The notes: generated from the letters alone by a model not told the origin. 64,000 nt of DNA from a virus (IMGVR_UViG_3300034200_001896:21764-85763); one strand, 5' to 3'; positions 28,016-38,263 are shown, counted from the stretch's first letter. A program made the numbers and translations.

Positions 28016-28315
28016 ATGTCCAAGTCCTCTTCTGTGTTCGTGGTTGACGGTGGTGATTACTATCAGGATGTGCGTGGTGCTTTTACTTCGCTCGATGCTG
28101 CGAAGGATTATGTTCTCTCTGATATTCTTCTGGACGTGCTGGATGGTGACGAGTATGTGGACACCATGAAGTCGGTTGTTCTTGAGTATCAGGGTGGCGA
28201 CCTTGTAAACCGGTTTGAGGTTTCCTGTCAGGGCTTTGACTTCGACGTGTGCAAGGTGACGAACAAGAACAAGGTGTTGGAGTCGCTGGACCTGAAGTGT
28301 GAAACCGTGCGGTGA
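28016..28315 (+). CDS. Hypothetical protein
   Basis: ORF after cassette promoter; stop codon inside next box. Confidence 0.6.
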   Translation: MSKSSSVFVVDGGDYYQDVRGAFTSLDAAKDYVLSDILLDVLDGDEYVDTMKSVVLEYQGGDLVNRFEVSCQGFDFDVCKVTNKNKVLESLDLKCETVR

Positions 28316-28393
28316 CACTCCGCAAGTAGCAGGTTGCATCCCGTCCCGTCCTGCTGTATATTATCACCACACTAACCGAAAGGCAGAAACAGA

Positions 28394-28615
28394 ATGATTA
28401 CCCGTCAGCTTGGCATCGTTGTGGAGAATCAGAAGGATTGGACGCTGGATGCTCTCCTTAATCAGTCCTGTATGAAGGCAACGCATTGCGTCAATGCCGA
28501 AGACCCTCACGGTGAGCCTGCCCGTGTTTGGGCAGAGGGTGAGGGACACGCAGACAACATTGCCAAGTTTCTTGTTTCGTATGGTTACACCATCATTGAC
28601 ACGGAGGAGGTTTGA
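28394..28615 (+). CDS. Hypothetical protein
   Basis: Leader ACTAACCGAAAGGCA shared with gene 25838. Confidence 0.6.
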   Translation: MITRQLGIVVENQKDWTLDALLNQSCMKATHCVNAEDPHGEPARVWAEGEGHADNIAKFLVSYGYTIIDTEEV

Positions 28616-28883
28616 TTAGTGAATGACAAGCGTATGATTTTCTCGCCTTTGACCCATGAACAATGGGGTACGCTTAAGTATTGTCACAAGTGCGGGAAAC
28701 AGGAACGCTTGTATTTGCTGGAGGGTGACCTTTGTTTTGGTTATGTTTTCTGCGCTAAATGTTTCAGCGAACTAGCCCCCGCTATTAGCGCAAGGCTAGA
28801 CGAACAGATTAGGGATGCAAAGATTGGCATGGTTGTGTTAGTAGTTTTGGTTTTGCTCACCATTTACTTTAGGGGTTAACATC

Positions 28884-29132
28884 ATGGCTCGCAAGATGAA
28901 GCGGATTGACGGTAAGAGTGTTGTGACGGTTCATGCTTTCGGTGTCACGAAGCACTTCTGGGAGTATTATATCCTTGATAATGCTAAGACTGATTATCGT
29001 CTGGCGTTGGTGGAAGGATTTGAGCAGGAGATGGGTGACATTAGCATGAGTGAGATTAAGCCTTATCTCCTGTCATTCACTCATGATGTGTCTGAAATTG
29101 CTCCTGCTCCCGGTTGGGAATGGATTGACTAA
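28884..29132 (+). CDS. Hypothetical protein (DUF2958-like WEYY...LVEGFEQEMG)
   Basis: Motif resemblance only. Confidence 0.5.
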   Translation: MARKMKRIDGKSVVTVHAFGVTKHFWEYYILDNAKTDYRLALVEGFEQEMGDISMSEIKPYLLSFTHDVSEIAPAPGWEWID

Positions 29133-29305
29133 GCTGTGCCGTTTCGGGTGCTGTCCTGCCCGAAATTCGGCGCGCAGCTTTATTCCCAGCCCCCGGTTTG
29201 TCAAGAAGAAAGCGCAGGGTGTCACACGAAAGTTACTGTCACCCGGATGTGACACCCGGAAACAGGAAGCTTGCACGTAGCAGGAAACAGGCGTATATTA
29301 TGGGC

Positions 29306-29626
29306 ATGAACACGACAAAGCGGACAGCGTGGGTTGTGGGCAACGGCAAGCGGTTCCTTATTGAAAAGGATACGCTCGGTAAGTTTGATAAGGCTATCTT
29401 CTATCAAAGCAAGGAAGGTGCTTACCGTGCGTTGGATAGGCTTCACCGCACGCACGCTGATACAAAGCAACACCTTGCGGAAGTTCTCCAGCGTGGTTAT
29501 GTTGCTGATTATATCCTGAATGAGAGTGAAAGTGGGCAACGCTTTATTGCACGCTATAGGAAGTACATCCGTTATAATAACCCGAAGGACTGCAATCCAA
29601 TGAAGGTGACTGTCACGCTTGGGTGA
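29306..29626 (+). CDS. Hypothetical protein
   Basis: Leaderless start; stop codon is the TGA of the next GTGACA half-site. Confidence 0.6.
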   Translation: MNTTKRTAWVVGNGKRFLIEKDTLGKFDKAIFYQSKEGAYRALDRLHRTHADTKQHLAEVLQRGYVADYILNESESGQRFIARYRKYIRYNNPKDCNPMKVTVTLG

Positions 29627-29680
29627 CAGGTAGAAAAAAGGAAGTTGCAGTTTCCCCTAACCTGTGAGACTATATACCCC

Positions 29681-29947
29681 ATGAACGAAACCACTACTGC
29701 CACTGAGTCGATTGCCGCTGTTGATACTGTGCTTCCCGGTTTTGAGGTTGTCCAGATTCCTGTTGAGGTTGAGCCTGTGAAGCCGGACCTTGATGCCGTG
29801 TGCTACACGATGAACGCAGCGGAGGTTGATTGTCAGCAGGCTTTGTTCCAGATTGTTGATATCATGCGAAACCTTAGCAAGTCGCTGAATGACCTTGATA
29901 ATGCAATCGAGATTGTGGAGTCTAACCTTGAGCGGGAGGATTGTTAA
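29681..29947 (+). CDS. Hypothetical acidic protein
   Basis: Leaderless start after GACTAT -10. Confidence 0.6.
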   Translation: MNETTTATESIAAVDTVLPGFEVVQIPVEVEPVKPDLDAVCYTMNAAEVDCQQALFQIVDIMRNLSKSLNDLDNAIEIVESNLEREDC

Positions 29948-30422
29948 TATGGCTAAGAGCAAGGCAAGCGTTGTGCATTTGCAGGTCACGCAGGAACAGG
30001 CAGACGCATTGGTGGCAGCAATGGATGCCGTAAAGGAAACGCTGGAACGTACAACGCCAAAGGGCAAGCTGTATCAGGAGAACCTTTACAATGCCCAGCG
30101 GATTATCACTGACCAGATTATAGGAAAGGGAGTGCTGAACTAATGGATAAGATTGCCAATGCGGTTGAGACTAGCCCCCAGTTCCAAGGTCATAAGCGTG
30201 TGCTGCGTGCGAGGGGTTGGAATGAAGATAGGATTAACAAGTTTCTTTATGATGCGATGACTCATCTTATTGCCATCAACGAAAAGGAAAAGGGGAACAT
30301 TCAATAATGAATAAGATTGATAAGCATGAGTTGAATGAGTTGGTTCAAGGTGGTCTGACTGCGATTGGTATTGTTATCCTTACTGTTGGTCTTCTCTACT
30401 TTGGTTATGCGATGGGGTATTA

Positions 30423-30800
30423 ATGATTGACTATAACCTGCAACAGATTAGACTTACCCTTCAACGCCTGAATGATATGTGGAGCTTTGCTGATTCTCCA
30501 ATGACATATCAAGTTGACATGCTGTTGCGCATCACTCCAACTGAACCGGTGGAGAATATCCTTTATGCTATTCGTGGATATGGTTGTTTATCTGCTGCTG
30601 CTGGTTACCATATCGAGCAAGGCATCAACCCTCCTGATGAATGGACTAGATTGTTCAGCCAGTGTGGACAGCGATTGATGTTTGACTTGCCAGAGAACCT
30701 AAAGTATTTTGATAGGCGAAGGTTTGAAAAGCAAGCCGCCAAAAACTTCATGGTTGGCTTTAACACTTGCACCCCCTCCCCCTCCTCCGGGGGGAGGTGA
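30423..30800 (+). CDS. Hypothetical protein
   Basis: 125-aa ORF ending in a C/G hairpin. Confidence 0.55.
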   Translation: MIDYNLQQIRLTLQRLNDMWSFADSPMTYQVDMLLRITPTEPVENILYAIRGYGCLSAAAGYHIEQGINPPDEWTRLFSQCGQRLMFDLPENLKYFDRRRFEKQAAKNFMVGFNTCTPSPSSGGR

Positions 30801-30952
30801 TGTGTCCTGTTTACCGGAATCTATGTCTGCCCGAGAAATGTTGTATGTGTTTAAGGGCGCTAGGGTCGTAAATAAACCCCGGACCAAAAATTGGAAATTT
30901 CTTGTTTTTCTTGAAAAGTGTGGCATACTAAAAAAATCCTCGGAAAAAATTT

Positions 30953-32649
30953 ATGGAAAATCTCAATCTAATCGGACGTTTAATAGCCTTCCACACCAAT
31001 TTTGCAAGAACAAAAATAATATTGGGTGTAGTATCTGATACACGGATGGTGACATCAAAAAACTTATTTGGCTTTAAAAAACAAATAACAGAATATAAGA
31101 TTGTTTGGCAGGATAAGGAATATGACGATACATGGACAACAGAAAATGGCATTAAAACAGGCGCAGAAATATTAAATAACTATAAAAATTTATGAAAAAC
31201 TCATCCATCAAAGTAGGTGACCTTGTGCTTTGCAAGGCAAAAATAGACCCAAGTTATGATTTTGAAGATAAAAATATAAAACTTGTGATTGGGTGGATAA
31301 CAAAAAAAACTACAACTACTTTTATGGATGGTAAATTTACAATTTTCCATGTACAATGGAGCGACAAAGAAACAGATGGTGAATTAAAAGAGGAAGATGC
31401 ACTATCGGTACGTAATTTTTTCTTAAAAATGCGAAAGGAATGGGGTATTTAAAATGGCTACTTGTTTTAAGTGCATGTCTAAAATTGATGCTTGGGCTAG
31501 AGTTTGTCCGTATTGCACTAGAGATGTATATAGTATCAGCAGCTCATCAGGGGGTTCTTCCGCTCAAAGCGAAGGAATATTTTCATTAGTAATTTTGATT
31601 ATCATAGTTGGCATGGCTATATTTAAATAAATTTTTCTATTTAAAAAGACCCATATGCATGGGTAGTAGAAACCCCATCATCGATGCTAAATCCCCTACG
31701 GGTTGCTAATTACTATTAGCAACCCTATTTTATTTGCATCAGAAAGGCCGTAGATTTGCGTACAAACGATTCTTTGAGGACAGGGCAACTTGGACACGTT
31801 CAACGAAAAGAGCATTTCTATAGGCGCTTTAGTGCGTATAAAGGTGCATGGAGCAAAGCGCTATCTTGGCATCGTCACGGAACGCATTTGGCACGGCAAT
31901 GCTAAAAAACTAGGTTATACTGTTTACTTGATGGAACTGGAAGCTAGCATCATGATGTTCGACCATGAATTTGAGGTTTTAAGTGATAAAGTATCGTAAT
32001 CCAATAGCAATTGGTGCTTTAGTAAAAGATAAAAGCACAAAACGCCTAGCAATCATTCTAGATAAAATGAGCACTAGCGAATGGGAGCGAACTGATAAAG
32101 ATAATGAATTCAATGCTGGAATAGTTTATGGCATGCAATTTATGGACGGAATAGGACCGTTTAAGACATATCGGTACGCTTATGAGGTAGAAGTACTAAG
32201 TCGAGGAAAGGAGAATGGATAGAAAGGTAATAGATTTTAAAATAGGTGACCTTGTTTACCTAAACATAGAAAATGGCGACGGTGGGATGGGGATGGTTAT
32301 AAGCGATATAGTTTATACGGAAATAGAGTTTTATTATGCTGTTTTCTCCATGCGGGAAAATAAAATCATAATTGCGTTCCCTTATGAATTGGAATTAGTA
32401 CGTGGCTAACTATTTATATGTATGGGGAACAAAAGAATCATTCCAGACGTTCATATACCAATTGGTGCGCTTGTGAGAGTTAATATCATAAAGCGTAGAG
32501 AAGATTTAGCCGTTGTTGTAGATAAAAACGTTGGCTTACTTGAAAACTGTTGGTATATGGTCCATAGCTTAAGCACTGGTAAAGAATATATGGCATATCC
32601 TCATGAACTTGTTTGGTTAACTAAGGAAAGGGATGGTGAAAGCGGGTAA
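30953..32649 (+). repeat. Third run of KOW/Tudor-like genes (30953, 31192, 31790, 31983, 32215, 32422)
   Basis: IG(D/A/R)L(V/I)...(L/I)G.(V/I)...Y.V; several end in ExEVL. Confidence 0.65.
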
Positions 32650-32689
32650 CGTCTTAAAACGCCTATATTACATACGGAGGGATTTCTTC

Positions 32690-33217
32690 ATGAAAAGTGG
32701 AACAACAGTATATTATGATTTGGTGCATGCAATAAAAGAAGAATTTCCCGATTTTGAAGTTATCCCTAAACTTAACAGTAAACTCATGTGGGCATGCTAT
32801 TATTTTGGCCTTATGCGTTTCTGGAATCCCTATTTCATGGAACGTTATATTACAACCGCATTTGGCAAGGTTTATATGCCCGCTGAGTTGATTGGAACTG
32901 AAATAGGAGCGGACGTATTGCGTCATGAATTGGTGCATTTGCGTGATGCAAAACGTTGGGGAATCCTGTTTTATTCATCCTATCTCTTATTTCCGCTACC
33001 CGCCATTTTTACCATGAGAGCGTATTGGGAATATCGCGGTTATTGCGAAAGTCTACGTTGCGAATATGAGCGCTATGGCGTAGTTTATAGCGAAAGTTTA
33101 AATTATTATGTTTCCCTTTTCACCGGTCCTGCCTATTTATGGATGTGTCCATTCCAAGATTTTATAATGGGACAATTTGTTGCTTTTTGCAAAAAAGAAG
33201 GGATAAGGATTGTATAA
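32690..33217 (+). CDS. Putative zinc metallopeptidase
   Basis: RHELVH (HExxH) plus downstream WEYRGY. Confidence 0.6.
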   Translation: MKSGTTVYYDLVHAIKEEFPDFEVIPKLNSKLMWACYYFGLMRFWNPYFMERYITTAFGKVYMPAELIGTEIGADVLRHELVHLRDAKRWGILFYSSYLLFPLPAIFTMRAYWEYRGYCESLRCEYERYGVVYSESLNYYVSLFTGPAYLWMCPFQDFIMGQFVAFCKKEGIRIV

Positions 33218-33218
33218 T

Positions 33219-33539
33219 ATGAAAAAAAGTATGCTTTTGGCACGTCCAACTTTAGCTGAATTAAAAGAAAATGTCACCTTGAATGACAAACCAATTAATA
33301 AACACGGCGTTGATAGCGATAGTGAACTGTTTTCTAAATTAGAAAGTATTGCTCATGAATTAGAACAAGTAAATGTAAATTTAGGTGGTCATCAATTGTT
33401 AAAAGCATTGCATACACGCATGGTAGATGTTTTAAAAGACATTGAGCCATCATACGATTATTCCTATCAAGATGGCGGTGAAGAGGGACAAGAAACACCT
33501 GAAGAAGAATATGAATTTAGCGAAGAAGATTTTGAATAA
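33219..33539 (+). CDS. Hypothetical protein with acidic tail
   Basis: ORF track. Confidence 0.55.
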   Translation: MKKSMLLARPTLAELKENVTLNDKPINKHGVDSDSELFSKLESIAHELEQVNVNLGGHQLLKALHTRMVDVLKDIEPSYDYSYQDGGEEGQETPEEEYEFSEEDFE

Positions 33540-33654
33540 TTTAAAGGCGCTAGTCCTGTTTCTTATTATATTGCCTTATTGGTTAGTTAGGGAAATAAAA
33601 AACAGAAAGTAGGAAGTAAAATAGTTTTAGGCCGCTTCGCGGTTTGCGCCTCCA

Positions 33655-33676
33655 AGCCCCCTTTGGGGGCTTTTTC
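33655..33676 (+). terminator. Intrinsic terminator
   Basis: AGCCCCC-TTT-GGGGGCT followed by TTTTT. Confidence 0.75.
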
Positions 33677-33700
33677 ATTATTTTCAACTACTTATATATT

Positions 33701-34131
33701 ATGGCATTCCGTAGACCATGTTATGTAAAGGTAGGTGATTTAGTTCGTACCCGTGGAGATTTAGATATCTACGGATATGTTACATATATTGATGGTAACA
33801 GCGAAACTGGTGAATATTACGTAGAAATAGTTTTCGATGAGGACGCTGACCCATTGTATTTTTATGATGACCAACTGGAAGTATTAACGGTAATTAAAGA
33901 ATAATGGAACATAACATAGGCGATTTGCTCCTTGCACACACCGTTGATGGTGGTATAATGTTTGGAATAATAACAAAGATAGATGAATCTTTATTTGACA
34001 AAAATTTTAACTTATACACCGTAACTTGGTTTCAAAAAAATAATATTCAAGATACCCGTGACTATACATACAACAACATAACTCGTTTGAAAAAAAATTT
34101 AGAAGATTATTTTAATAACGATAGGGTTTAA
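33701..34131 (+). CDS. Two more KOW/Tudor-like genes (33701-33904, 33904-34131)
   Basis: VKVGDLV; HNIGDLL...FGII...YTVTWF. Confidence 0.65.
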
Positions 34132-34311
34132 ATATGAGTTCTGAACAATTAGATAATTTAGTTAAACTTTCTAAGCATTTTATTTCTATTTGTATTATTT
34201 GTTTATCACTATTAATAATTTGTAAAGTTGCTTACTCATATTGGATAGACCCACCACAAAAACCTCAACCACGTTTTAAAAATACATTACAAAGAGATAT
34301 AAATCCATAAT

Positions 34312-34947
34312 ATGAAAAAATTTTTTTTGATTCTGACGGCTGTTTTATCACTTGGCGTTGCTCCTGCGCCAATCATGAAGCCCTTGATGTGGGAACAAAA
34401 AAATCCTAAAAGAAATAAATGGAGTGAATTTACATTTCAACAAATATATCGTAATTTTGATTCTTTTAATAAAGTAAAAGACATGGATTTTTTTTGTCCA
34501 AATTACAATAATTTAAATCGGGACGAACGAGTTAATGTTTGGGGTCAATTAATAGCAGCAATGTCTTGGTATGAAAGCGGTCACAATCCAAAAGCCAGAT
34601 TACCGCAACCAAGCTTAGGTATAGACCCTGTTACTAATCAATATACATGCGCCGAAGGTTTATTACAATTAGGCTATGCTGATACAATGTGGCATTCGTA
34701 TTGTGATTTTGATTGGTCGCAAGATATACAATTTGATATAACGGACGGTAGAAAAACCACTTTTGACCCATATATTAATTTAAAATGCGGTATTGGCATT
34801 CTTGCTAATCAAATTGATAAATATGGTAAAATAGTATTAACTCGCGGCGCTTATTGGTCTGTATTAAAAGATGGACATAAAAATAGTAGATTAGAAGGAA
34901 TAAGAAAAATAGTTAGTAACTATGAAATGTGTAAATTAAATGAATAA
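34312..34947 (+). CDS. Secreted lytic transglycosylase (SLT-like)
   Basis: Signal peptide; AMSWYES (catalytic Glu), GLLQL, DPYINLKCG. Confidence 0.75.
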   Translation: MKKFFLILTAVLSLGVAPAPIMKPLMWEQKNPKRNKWSEFTFQQIYRNFDSFNKVKDMDFFCPNYNNLNRDERVNVWGQLIAAMSWYESGHNPKARLPQPSLGIDPVTNQYTCAEGLLQLGYADTMWHSYCDFDWSQDIQFDITDGRKTTFDPYINLKCGIGILANQIDKYGKIVLTRGAYWSVLKDGHKNSRLEGIRKIVSNYEMCKLNE

Positions 34948-35263
34948 TAATATAAAAATAACGTTAGTAGCAATTTGTTTAATAAGTAATGGAATATTTG
35001 CCGCTTTTTTGTCAAAATCTATTAGACTTGGAAACACGGCTTGGTATTGGTCATACTTGACTAGCTTCATTAGTGCTTCAGTGTTTGCTTATCAATTAAA
35101 AGAAAAATTACTACCATTAACTGTTACATCAGTATTTCAAACTTTCTTTTTTCATGCCGCTTGGTACGCAACAGCATTTTTTATTTTATCGAATGAATTA
35201 CAAGGTCATAAATTGTTTGGTCTTATATTGGCATTTTGTGGTATGATAATAATGAGTTTGTAA
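34940..35263 (+). CDS. Small four-TM membrane protein (SMR/EamA-like)
   Basis: Four hydrophobic segments, G..LA..G C-terminus. Confidence 0.5.
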   Translation: MNNNIKITLVAICLISNGIFAAFLSKSIRLGNTAWYWSYLTSFISASVFAYQLKEKLLPLTVTSVFQTFFFHAAWYATAFFILSNELQGHKLFGLILAFCGMIIMSL

Positions 35264-35274
35264 AGGGGAACTAT

Positions 35275-35523
35275 ATGGGACTAACACAAACACAAATTGA
35301 AAATGCTAAAAATGTAGCATGTGAAAAATGCGGAAATGAAATTTTAAAACAAGTTTATGTTATTAAATCAATTTCTGCTTTATTAACTGGGGAGTCTAAA
35401 GATACTTATATTCCAGTACCAATATTTGCATGCAATGATTGCAATCATGTTAATGAAATATTTTGCAAAGACTTAAATATCTCTTCCAAAATAAATAAAT
35501 CTGTTCTTCATGTAACAGTATAA
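35275..35523 (+). CDS. Zinc-ribbon hypothetical protein
   Basis: CEKCG...PIFACNDC. Confidence 0.6.
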   Translation: MGLTQTQIENAKNVACEKCGNEILKQVYVIKSISALLTGESKDTYIPVPIFACNDCNHVNEIFCKDLNISSKINKSVLHVTV

Positions 35524-35586
35524 TTATTTTAGATTGATACCTAGGTAAAACTCATGTATGATGGCAAGACGACTGGAGATTTAAGT

Positions 35587-36111
35587 ATGAAAGTTCTTGC
35601 GCTGTCTGCTAATTATGAGCCTCTTGGTGTTGTCTCTTGGGAACGGGCTATTACGCTTGTTTATTCAGATAAAGTTTCTGTAGTTGAAGAATATGATTGT
35701 TTTGTGCGTTCTCCGTCAGTTCAAGTTAAAATTCCTGCTGTTGTTGTTTTTAAAAAATCGTTTATAGGTAATAAACGTAATTCTGTTAGATTTTCTCGTA
35801 AGAATGTTTGGATTCGTGATGAGGGAAAGTGCCAATATTGTCATTTGCATGTTTCTCTTTCTACTTTCACTATTGACCACGTTATTCCAAAAACTCTCGG
35901 TGGAAAAACCGTTTGGGATAATGTAGTTGTATGCTGCTATTCTTGTAATCAAAAAAAGGGCGATAAAAGTTTGAAAGAAGCCGGATTTAAACTATTTAAA
36001 GTACCACGGAAGCCATTTAAGTTACCGTATCTACAAGAAATAACAGATGGACAATACAACTTGGAAAAAAATATTCCCCAAGAGTGGAAATTCTATCTAG
36101 AAAGATTTTAA
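35587..36111 (+). CDS. HNH endonuclease (McrA-like)
   Basis: VLAL.ANYEPL, RDEGKCQYC, TIDHVIP..LGG...WDNVV.CC..CN..KG. Confidence 0.9.
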   Translation: MKVLALSANYEPLGVVSWERAITLVYSDKVSVVEEYDCFVRSPSVQVKIPAVVVFKKSFIGNKRNSVRFSRKNVWIRDEGKCQYCHLHVSLSTFTIDHVIPKTLGGKTVWDNVVVCCYSCNQKKGDKSLKEAGFKLFKVPRKPFKLPYLQEITDGQYNLEKNIPQEWKFYLERF

Positions 36112-36696
36112 ATGAGAATTACTGTTATCGATACTGAAACAACAGGTCTTGACCTGTTAAAACACGAAATTATTCAAATAGCTGCAATAGAATTAGAACA
36201 AGAAGACTGCGGCGATTTAAAGACTATTAAAGAATTTCAATATAATATTCGACCATTTAATATAAACACCGCTAGTCCAGAAGCGCTTAGGATAAACGGA
36301 TATAATAAAAATGATTGGGAAGAAGCAAGTTCTTTTTCTGAAGTTATTGGTCTTTTAAATAATATTTGGGATAATTCTGAGTTATTGCTTGGCCAAAACC
36401 TAATTTTTGATTTACGTTTTATAGCAAAACATTATAAACGTTATGGTTTTAACTGTCCAAATTTTCCACGTTATATCGACACAAAACACATGGGTAGTCT
36501 TTTAGTAAGTGAAGGAGTTATGAAATCAAGCTCCATGGATAATATGTGTAAGCACTTTAATATAAAATTTAAAGGTAGAGCACATACAGCGTTGACTGAT
36601 TGCCAAAGAACTGTTACATTGTGGAGACAGCTAGCTAAGTATGCAGAAGCAAAAAAGTTTTCTTACAAGGAGCCATATAATCCCCATGCAAAATAG
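36112..36696 (+). CDS. DEDDh 3'-5' exonuclease (DnaQ-like)
   Basis: IDTETTGL, GQNLIFD, AHTALTD. Confidence 0.9.
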   Translation: MRITVIDTETTGLDLLKHEIIQIAAIELEQEDCGDLKTIKEFQYNIRPFNINTASPEALRINGYNKNDWEEASSFSEVIGLLNNIWDNSELLLGQNLIFDLRFIAKHYKRYGFNCPNFPRYIDTKHMGSLLVSEGVMKSSSMDNMCKHFNIKFKGRAHTALTDCQRTVTLWRQLAKYAEAKKFSYKEPYNPHAK

Positions 36697-36876
36697 AATT
36701 CAAATGCCCGAGAATCTTTCTCCTAAAGACTTAGACCGTATCTCTTATGTTTTTTCTAAGATGTCTATGGCTTCCAAGCACGATTTTTTAGCAGCAATGA
36801 TGGTAGAGTGCCCAAAGCAGTATATAAAAGTCATAGAAGCCCTTGGAAGCGATTACAAAAAATCTATGGTGCAAGC

Positions 36877-37104
36877 ATGAAAGCTGGTGCTTTAGTTAAA
36901 GTTGAAATATTGACACCCGGTTTATCAGTATATTCTTATGGTATTTTAGTTGATGATGAAGCTCATGACTTATATGACGGCAGAGAAAAATATAAAAAGA
37001 TATGGGTTTTTAAATATCCTGAGTCATATGGAGAAATGGAGCCTAAAAACATGTTAATTCAAGAAGAACGTATAACTCACATTAAGACGTTTGAGGATTG
37101 GTGA
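36877..37104 (+). CDS. KOW-like paralogue
   Basis: MKAGALVK...YGILV. Confidence 0.5.
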   Translation: MKAGALVKVEILTPGLSVYSYGILVDDEAHDLYDGREKYKKIWVFKYPESYGEMEPKNMLIQEERITHIKTFEDW

Positions 37105-37375
37105 AACTAGATAATAATATGGGTTTTTATACCCATAAGGAGTCTATATGTTTCTCCCAGCTATAGCTGAAAAGCTAAAGAAAGAAAAAGAAATCACAAT
37201 CGAAAAGCGTTTAGAACTTCCCAATTATCAAGAACAATACGAAGAATATTATAAAAATAAAGAAAAAGAACAACCAAAACAAACAGTTATTCAAATTCAA
37301 ATACTATAATTAAATAAGAAATTTAAGCTTTAAGAAACTACTTATGTCATAGCGCATAGGTAGTTTTTTTATTTT

Positions 37376-38263
37376 ATGGAACTTTTACTAGAAAATATTA
37401 GCCACGAAGAACTTAAAAAATATACAAAAGAGTTCTATAATTATGCTAAAAAACAATTAAAACTAACACGTACGCCGAAAGTGTTTTTTAAAAAAAATCA
37501 ATTCAATGCAGATGATTTATTAGGTAAAACTGGTTATTATGACCCAGAAAAAGAAGAAATACATTTATATATATCTGATAGACATGCAAAAGATATAATA
37601 CGTTCTTTCTCACACGAATTAGTACATCATGCACAAAAATTAGCTGGATTTGATAATAATATCAATTTATCTTTAACTAGTAGCGACCCAGCGTACGCTT
37701 CCCACGATGAAGGATTAAGAGAAATGGAACGTGATGCTTTCGAACGTGGTAATATGATTTTTAGAGATTGGACAGACAACAAAAAACTTGAGAGGAAAAA
37801 CAACATGGCAGAGCAAAAAAAATTACCAAAAAGTGTAGTTAAAAAAGGTCATAAAATAGCTAAAAAAATAGAAAAAACCGACAGTGCCGTAAATCCATAT
37901 GCTGTTGGCATGGCGGCTGCTAAAAAAGAAGCTGGTTTAACAGAGCTAGAAGATAAAAAGAAAGCAGATTTAAATAAAGACGGTAAAATTTCTTCATATG
38001 AAAAAAAGCGTGGAGAAGCTATAGAGAAATCTATAAAAAAAACAGCTAAAAAGCAAGCAAAAGACGATATGAAAGCTCGCCACGGTAAAGACATTGAAGA
38101 ACAAGGTGAATATGTTGAAAAACTAGAAGAAAATAAAAGTCAAGAAATACAACATCCATATCCGCAGCTATTTACCGAAAAAGAGCGTATTCTTAAAGAT
38201 GTATTTAATAAGCGAGAAGAAGCAATATATCAAGAATTAATTAATCGATTCATTAAAAAATAA
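37376..38263 (+). CDS. HExxH metallopeptidase-like protein with EF-hand-like loop, probably virion-associated
   Basis: RSFSHELVHHAQ...ERDAF..GN; DLNKDGKISSYE. Confidence 0.6.
   Translation: MELLLENISHEELKKYTKEFYNYAKKQLKLTRTPKVFFKKNQFNADDLLGKTGYYDPEKEEIHLYISDRHAKDIIRSFSHELVHHAQKLAGFDNNINLSLTSSDPAYASHDEGLREMERDAFERGNMIFRDWTDNKKLERKNNMAEQKKLPKSVVKKGHKIAKKIEKTDSAVNPYAVGMAAAKKEAGLTELEDKKKADLNKDGKISSYEKKRGEAIEKSIKKTAKKQAKDDMKARHGKDIEEQGEYVEKLEENKSQEIQHPYPQLFTEKERILKDVFNKREEAIYQELINRFIKK

Larger units (their letters stand above)
26621..29947 (+). repeat. Array of promoter cassettes (boxes at 26621/26638, 26872, 27805/27822, 27922, 28300, 29220/29237, 29611) each followed by TTGC -35 and -10
   Basis: TG(TC/AA)AC-N6-G(T/C)GACA, 16-17 bp purine/A-rich linker, TTGC, N17, -10. 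Confidence 0.85.

Noticed and set aside
26621-29676. CRISPR or integron attC array
   Set aside because: Repeats are separated by whole genes of variable length, lack attC RYYYAAC/GTTRRRY ends, carry promoter elements, and no integrase is present
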